Positions 61,146 through 64,000 of a stretch of DNA of 64,000 nt are shown here, piece by piece. Within the stretch, counting starts at the first letter, position 1. Every line of letters begins with the position of its first letter. The notes under the pieces are model-generated. The model did no database searches, was not told the origin of the DNA, and saw nothing but the letters and a program-made list of their open reading frames with translations. Origin of the DNA: Lachnospiraceae bacterium (lineage in GTDB: Bacteria; Bacillota; Clostridia; Lachnospirales; Lachnospiraceae); contig JAZLJD010000054.1 of assembly GCA_045617725.1 (NCBI GenBank), positions 645-64,644 on the forward strand, read 5' to 3'. Made by a program: the position numbers and the translations under genes.

Positions 61146-61462
61146 GCCTGTTTCGAAAGTACAAGTTCACAAAAAAACATCACCCCAAGGACGGAATCAT
61201 GTCTTTCGTCCTTGGGTTCATTTCATTTTCTGCGGTAGTGGCATTGCTCGTTCTGGCTTACCAAAATGAGGGTGCTACGCAGGGGAATGGTCTTTCCGCG
61301 GCAGTTGCGGCCTTTTTTGGCCTTGTGGGGCTTATTCTGGGCATCGTTTCGGAATGCCACGCGGAAGTGTATCATTTTTTCCCCAGAGTGGGAATCGTGC
61401 TTAACACACTTACACTGCTCTGCCTGACGGGGATTTTGTACTTTGGCGGAGCCTTTACTTAA
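61142..61462 (+). CDS. Small membrane protein (3 predicted TM helices), unknown function
   Basis: ATG overlaps the pyrE stop (ATGA). Hydrophobic segments FVLGFISFSAVVALLVLA, AAVAAFFGLVGLILGIV and VLNTLTLLCLTGILYF. Confidence 0.55.
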   Translation: MSLFRKYKFTKKHHPKDGIMSFVLGFISFSAVVALLVLAYQNEGATQGNGLSAAVAAFFGLVGLILGIVSECHAEVYHFFPRVGIVLNTLTLLCLTGILYFGGAFT

Positions 61463-61471
61463 GAGGGGGAT

Positions 61472-61586
61472 TAGTGTGAAAAATGCAGGCATTTTTCACG
61501 CGACACTTTGTGTCGCAATCCGTAGCAGTTTCGCTGTAATACAGTGAAGGGCTAAATATACCGGATTGCGAAATGCGGGGATTAGT
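61472..61586 (+). promoter_or_regulatory. Structured 5' leader, copy B of the duplicated element
   Basis: Matches 26887-27002 except for the loop of hairpin 1 (aaa vs gg), one C-to-T change that keeps pairing as G-U, and one base next to the start codon. Confidence 0.5.
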
Positions 61587-63668
61587 ATGCGTAAGCAATT
61601 AACAGAAGAAGACTTAAAGCTCATTTCGGAGCGTTATGAACTGGCGGCAGGAAGACTGTCTGAGGTAAAAGATGAACTGATCGGATACCGGTTTGACGCG
61701 TATCTTTCCTATTTTGCGGATTTCCTGGCACTGTGTATCGAGGTATATGAGCACGTGGGCTCCCTTGGTATCATGCAGGTGCCGGCCGCGGACCTTGAGA
61801 ACTATAACCGCCTGCTTTACGGTGATATTCTTCCCGGAAATTATGAATCTTCCTTTACGAATGCAGGGTATATTGCATCGCTTTACGGCAGGAAGCTGAC
61901 GATTCTTTCCGCGTACGCCTTTGAATTCCGTGCAATCATTCCGTATCTTTATGAGCAGGATTTGGAGCAGCTGGTTCTGCGCCTGGAACTGTATTTAGAG
62001 CTCTTCGGAATTTTGAATGCGGATGAAGAGAGGGAGGAAGCGGACCTTGCAGCTTCCCTTAAGGAGAATCTTTACTGGTATGTGAGCGATTATTCGGAAA
62101 TTGCGGCCGAAAATAAGATTGCCGGCATGGTTGACTATAACAGTCAATATGCCGTTTCCGTCATGGAACAGGCCGATTTAAGCAATCCGGACTATCTGTA
62201 CCGCTTTGGCGAGTATGTCACGGAGGAAGAAATCCGTACGGCCCGTCATCTTGCAACACTTTCGGGGGAGCGTATTAAGCTTCTGGCCGATACCTTTACG
62301 GAAGGGTACCGAAGAGGCTTTGTAAATGCCGGCAAGCCCCTTTCCAAAAAGAAGACCGTAAATATCCGTTATTCCCTGGGCTTTGAACGGATTGTCCTTA
62401 AAGCAATTGAGAATTTCCGCGCGATGGGACTGGAGCCCACCGTTTACCGGGCATCCACTTCCCTCTTTTTTAAGCGCAGCAACCTGCGAATCGGCTACTA
62501 CGGAGCCATTCCGAACCGCCAGTATGACTACGATCACCGCGAGGACGAAGCACTCATATTGGATGCCAAGCTTTCAAAACGTAAGCTGGAATGCCTGACG
62601 GCGGCCTTTGAACTTTATAAGGACGAGGCCCAAAAGCATGCCGGCCCCGCCTGCCTTGAGGTATTCGGCGAGGTGCCCTTCTCCCCGGCAGAATCCTCTT
62701 TGGCGCCCGTGTTCAATAAATCGCAGCAGAAGCAGAGCGCTTCCTTCCAGGTCAAAAATTCGGAAATCACGAACAGCTATGTGCCCGGCGAGGAGCGAAG
62801 CTTCACCATTATGGCGCTTCCGATGCCCGCCATCGGCCCGAATTACGAGGAACTGTTTGACCGCGTGGTTGAGATTAACACGCTCGATTACGAGAAGTAC
62901 AAGCTGATACAGCAGAAGCTGATTGATGCGCTGGACAAGGCGTACGCCGTTCGAATCCTTGGAAGCGGGGAGAACCACACGGACCTTACGGTGCATTTGA
63001 GACCGCTTACGAATCCGCTTAAGGAAACGAAATTCGAGAACTGCCTTGCGGATGTCAATATTCCGGTCGGCGAGGTATTCACATCGCCCGTACTTAGGGG
63101 AACAAGCGGAACCTTGTGCGTAAGCCGCGTGTTCTTAAATGACCTTGAGTACCGTGACCTTTCGGTTACCTTCACGGACGGTATGGTTACCGGCTATTCC
63201 TGCAGCAACTTCGAGCGCCCCGAGGACGGCGAACGTTACTTTAAGGACAATGTTCTGTATCATCACGACAGCCTGCCGCTCGGTGAATTCGCCATTGGAA
63301 CGAACACCACGGCATATGCGATTTCGCGGCAGTACGGCATCGAGGACCGCATGCCCATACTGATTGCCGAGAAGATGGGCCCGCACTTCGCGGTGGGCGA
63401 CACCTGCTATTCACACGAGGAGGAGGTCGCTGTTTACAACCCGGACGGCAAGGAGATTGTGGCTCGTGACAATGAAGTTTCGGCCCTTCGGGAGACAGAG
63501 CCCGAAAAGGCATACTTCGGTTGCCATACGGACATAACAATTCCCTACTCGGAGCTTTTGAGCATCGAAGCCTTGCTTACGGACGGCAGCAGCATCGAAA
63601 TCATAAAAGACGGTCGTTTTACCCTCGCGGGATGCGAGGAACTCAACCGCCCTTTCGGACAAAAATAA
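61587..63668 (+). CDS. M29-family (aminopeptidase T/PepS-like) metallopeptidase, long form with an N-terminal extension of about 330 aa
   Basis: C-terminal half has NIPVGEVFTSPV, FAIGTN, GPHFAVGD and GCHTDITIP, resembling M29 metal-ligand motifs. Start taken at ATG 61587. Confidence 0.6.
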   Translation: MRKQLTEEDLKLISERYELAAGRLSEVKDELIGYRFDAYLSYFADFLALCIEVYEHVGSLGIMQVPAADLENYNRLLYGDILPGNYESSFTNAGYIASLYGRKLTILSAYAFEFRAIIPYLYEQDLEQLVLRLELYLELFGILNADEEREEADLAASLKENLYWYVSDYSEIAAENKIAGMVDYNSQYAVSVMEQADLSNPDYLYRFGEYVTEEEIRTARHLATLSGERIKLLADTFTEGYRRGFVNAGKPLSKKKTVNIRYSLGFERIVLKAIENFRAMGLEPTVYRASTSLFFKRSNLRIGYYGAIPNRQYDYDHREDEALILDAKLSKRKLECLTAAFELYKDEAQKHAGPACLEVFGEVPFSPAESSLAPVFNKSQQKQSASFQVKNSEITNSYVPGEERSFTIMALPMPAIGPNYEELFDRVVEINTLDYEKYKLIQQKLIDALDKAYAVRILGSGENHTDLTVHLRPLTNPLKETKFENCLADVNIPVGEVFTSPVLRGTSGTLCVSRVFLNDLEYRDLSVTFTDGMVTGYSCSNFERPEDGERYFKDNVLYHHDSLPLGEFAIGTNTTAYAISRQYGIEDRMPILIAEKMGPHFAVGDTCYSHEEEVAVYNPDGKEIVARDNEVSALRETEPEKAYFGCHTDITIPYSELLSIEALLTDGSSIEIIKDGRFTLAGCEELNRPFGQK

Positions 63669-63690
63669 CTTGATTCAAAAGGTCGCATTT

Positions 63691-63719
63691 AGTACACTAT
63701 CTTTTGTACTTTGTTTTTT
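63691..63719 (+). terminator. Candidate terminator after the aminopeptidase gene
   Basis: agtaca / tgtact stem followed by ttgtttttt. Confidence 0.45.
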
Positions 63720-63756
63720 GCATAAACATAAGAAATAAAAATTTAGGAGGATCAAC

Positions 63757-64000
63757 ATGGCACAGGTTGGAATTATCATGGGCAGCGATTCGGATATGCC
63801 TATCATGGCCAAGGCAGCAGAGGTTTTGGAGGAGCTTAACATTGATTTTGATATGACGATTATCTCCGCACATCGTGAGCCGGATATCTTTTATGACTGG
63901 GCGCACGCAGCAGAGGCCAGAGGATATAAGGTCATCATTGCAGGAGCAGGTATGGCAGCACATCTGCCCGGCATGTGTGCAGCAATTGTTCCCATGCCCG
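63757..64000 (+). CDS. purE: 5-(carboxyamino)imidazole ribonucleotide mutase, 5' part (runs off the window)
   Basis: aggagg RBS, then [42 protein letters not shown]...[11 protein letters not shown]. Confidence 0.85.
   Translation, partial: MAQVGIIMGSDSDMPIMAKAAEVLEELNIDFDMTIISAHREPDIFYDWAHAAEARGYKVIIAGAGMAAHLPGMCAAIVPMP

Noticed and set aside
1-64000. Prophage, integrative element, IS or restriction-modification content.
   Set aside because: I found no integrase, recombinase, transposase, terminase, capsid, methyltransferase-endonuclease pair or cas-like ORF in any frame. The accessory segments therefore lack identifiable mobility genes.

Overview
This 64-kb window looks like chromosomal DNA from a Firmicutes/Clostridia-type anaerobe. 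The supporting content is AddAB, a T-box leader on valS, a PyrR attenuator, an ECF ThiT-like gene behind a TPP riboswitch, a class III ribonucleotide reductase, and Gram-positive lipoboxes and a sorting signal. Almost all genes are on the + strand. I found no rRNA, tRNA, cas, integrase or transposase genes.

The housekeeping backbone is hisC, hslO, addBA, pyrR-pyrP, valS, folC, nrdD, pyrF-pyrE and purE. Accessory or decayed patches interrupt it:

- **AT-rich islet (10.3-12.3 kb):** a DUF4160/DUF2442 pair, an XRE regulator and a truncated ORF.
- **Accessory segment (about 33.0-48.3 kb):** it is bracketed by two mutually inverted, roughly 62-63-bp periodic arrays of the motif GACATCGGGA, plus several tandem repeats. 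It holds an orphan CMP-sugar cytidylyltransferase, an overlapping Nudix-FRG gene pair, two members of a diverging secreted-protein family (a third sits at 12.3 kb and a decayed fourth at 38.2 kb), a 261-bp hairpin element, a sugar-type ABC importer, an internally duplicated lipoprotein, a two-component system and a K+-channel gene relic.

The candidates most worth a second look are:

1. A sensory [FeFe]-hydrogenase-like module fused directly to a degenerate GGDEF domain and an intact EAL domain.
2. A roughly 115-nt structured leader present in two near-identical copies, each directly upstream of a start codon (a YkvI-type membrane protein and an M29-type aminopeptidase).
3. The Nudix-FRG pair, which has a tandem-repeat insertion inside the Nudix box.
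4. The inverted motif arrays flanking the accessory segment.
5. An NrdD with a C-terminal glutaredoxin-like domain.
6. A DnaA-box cluster that is not next to dnaA.

All functional calls come from motif recognition by eye. No database search was run.
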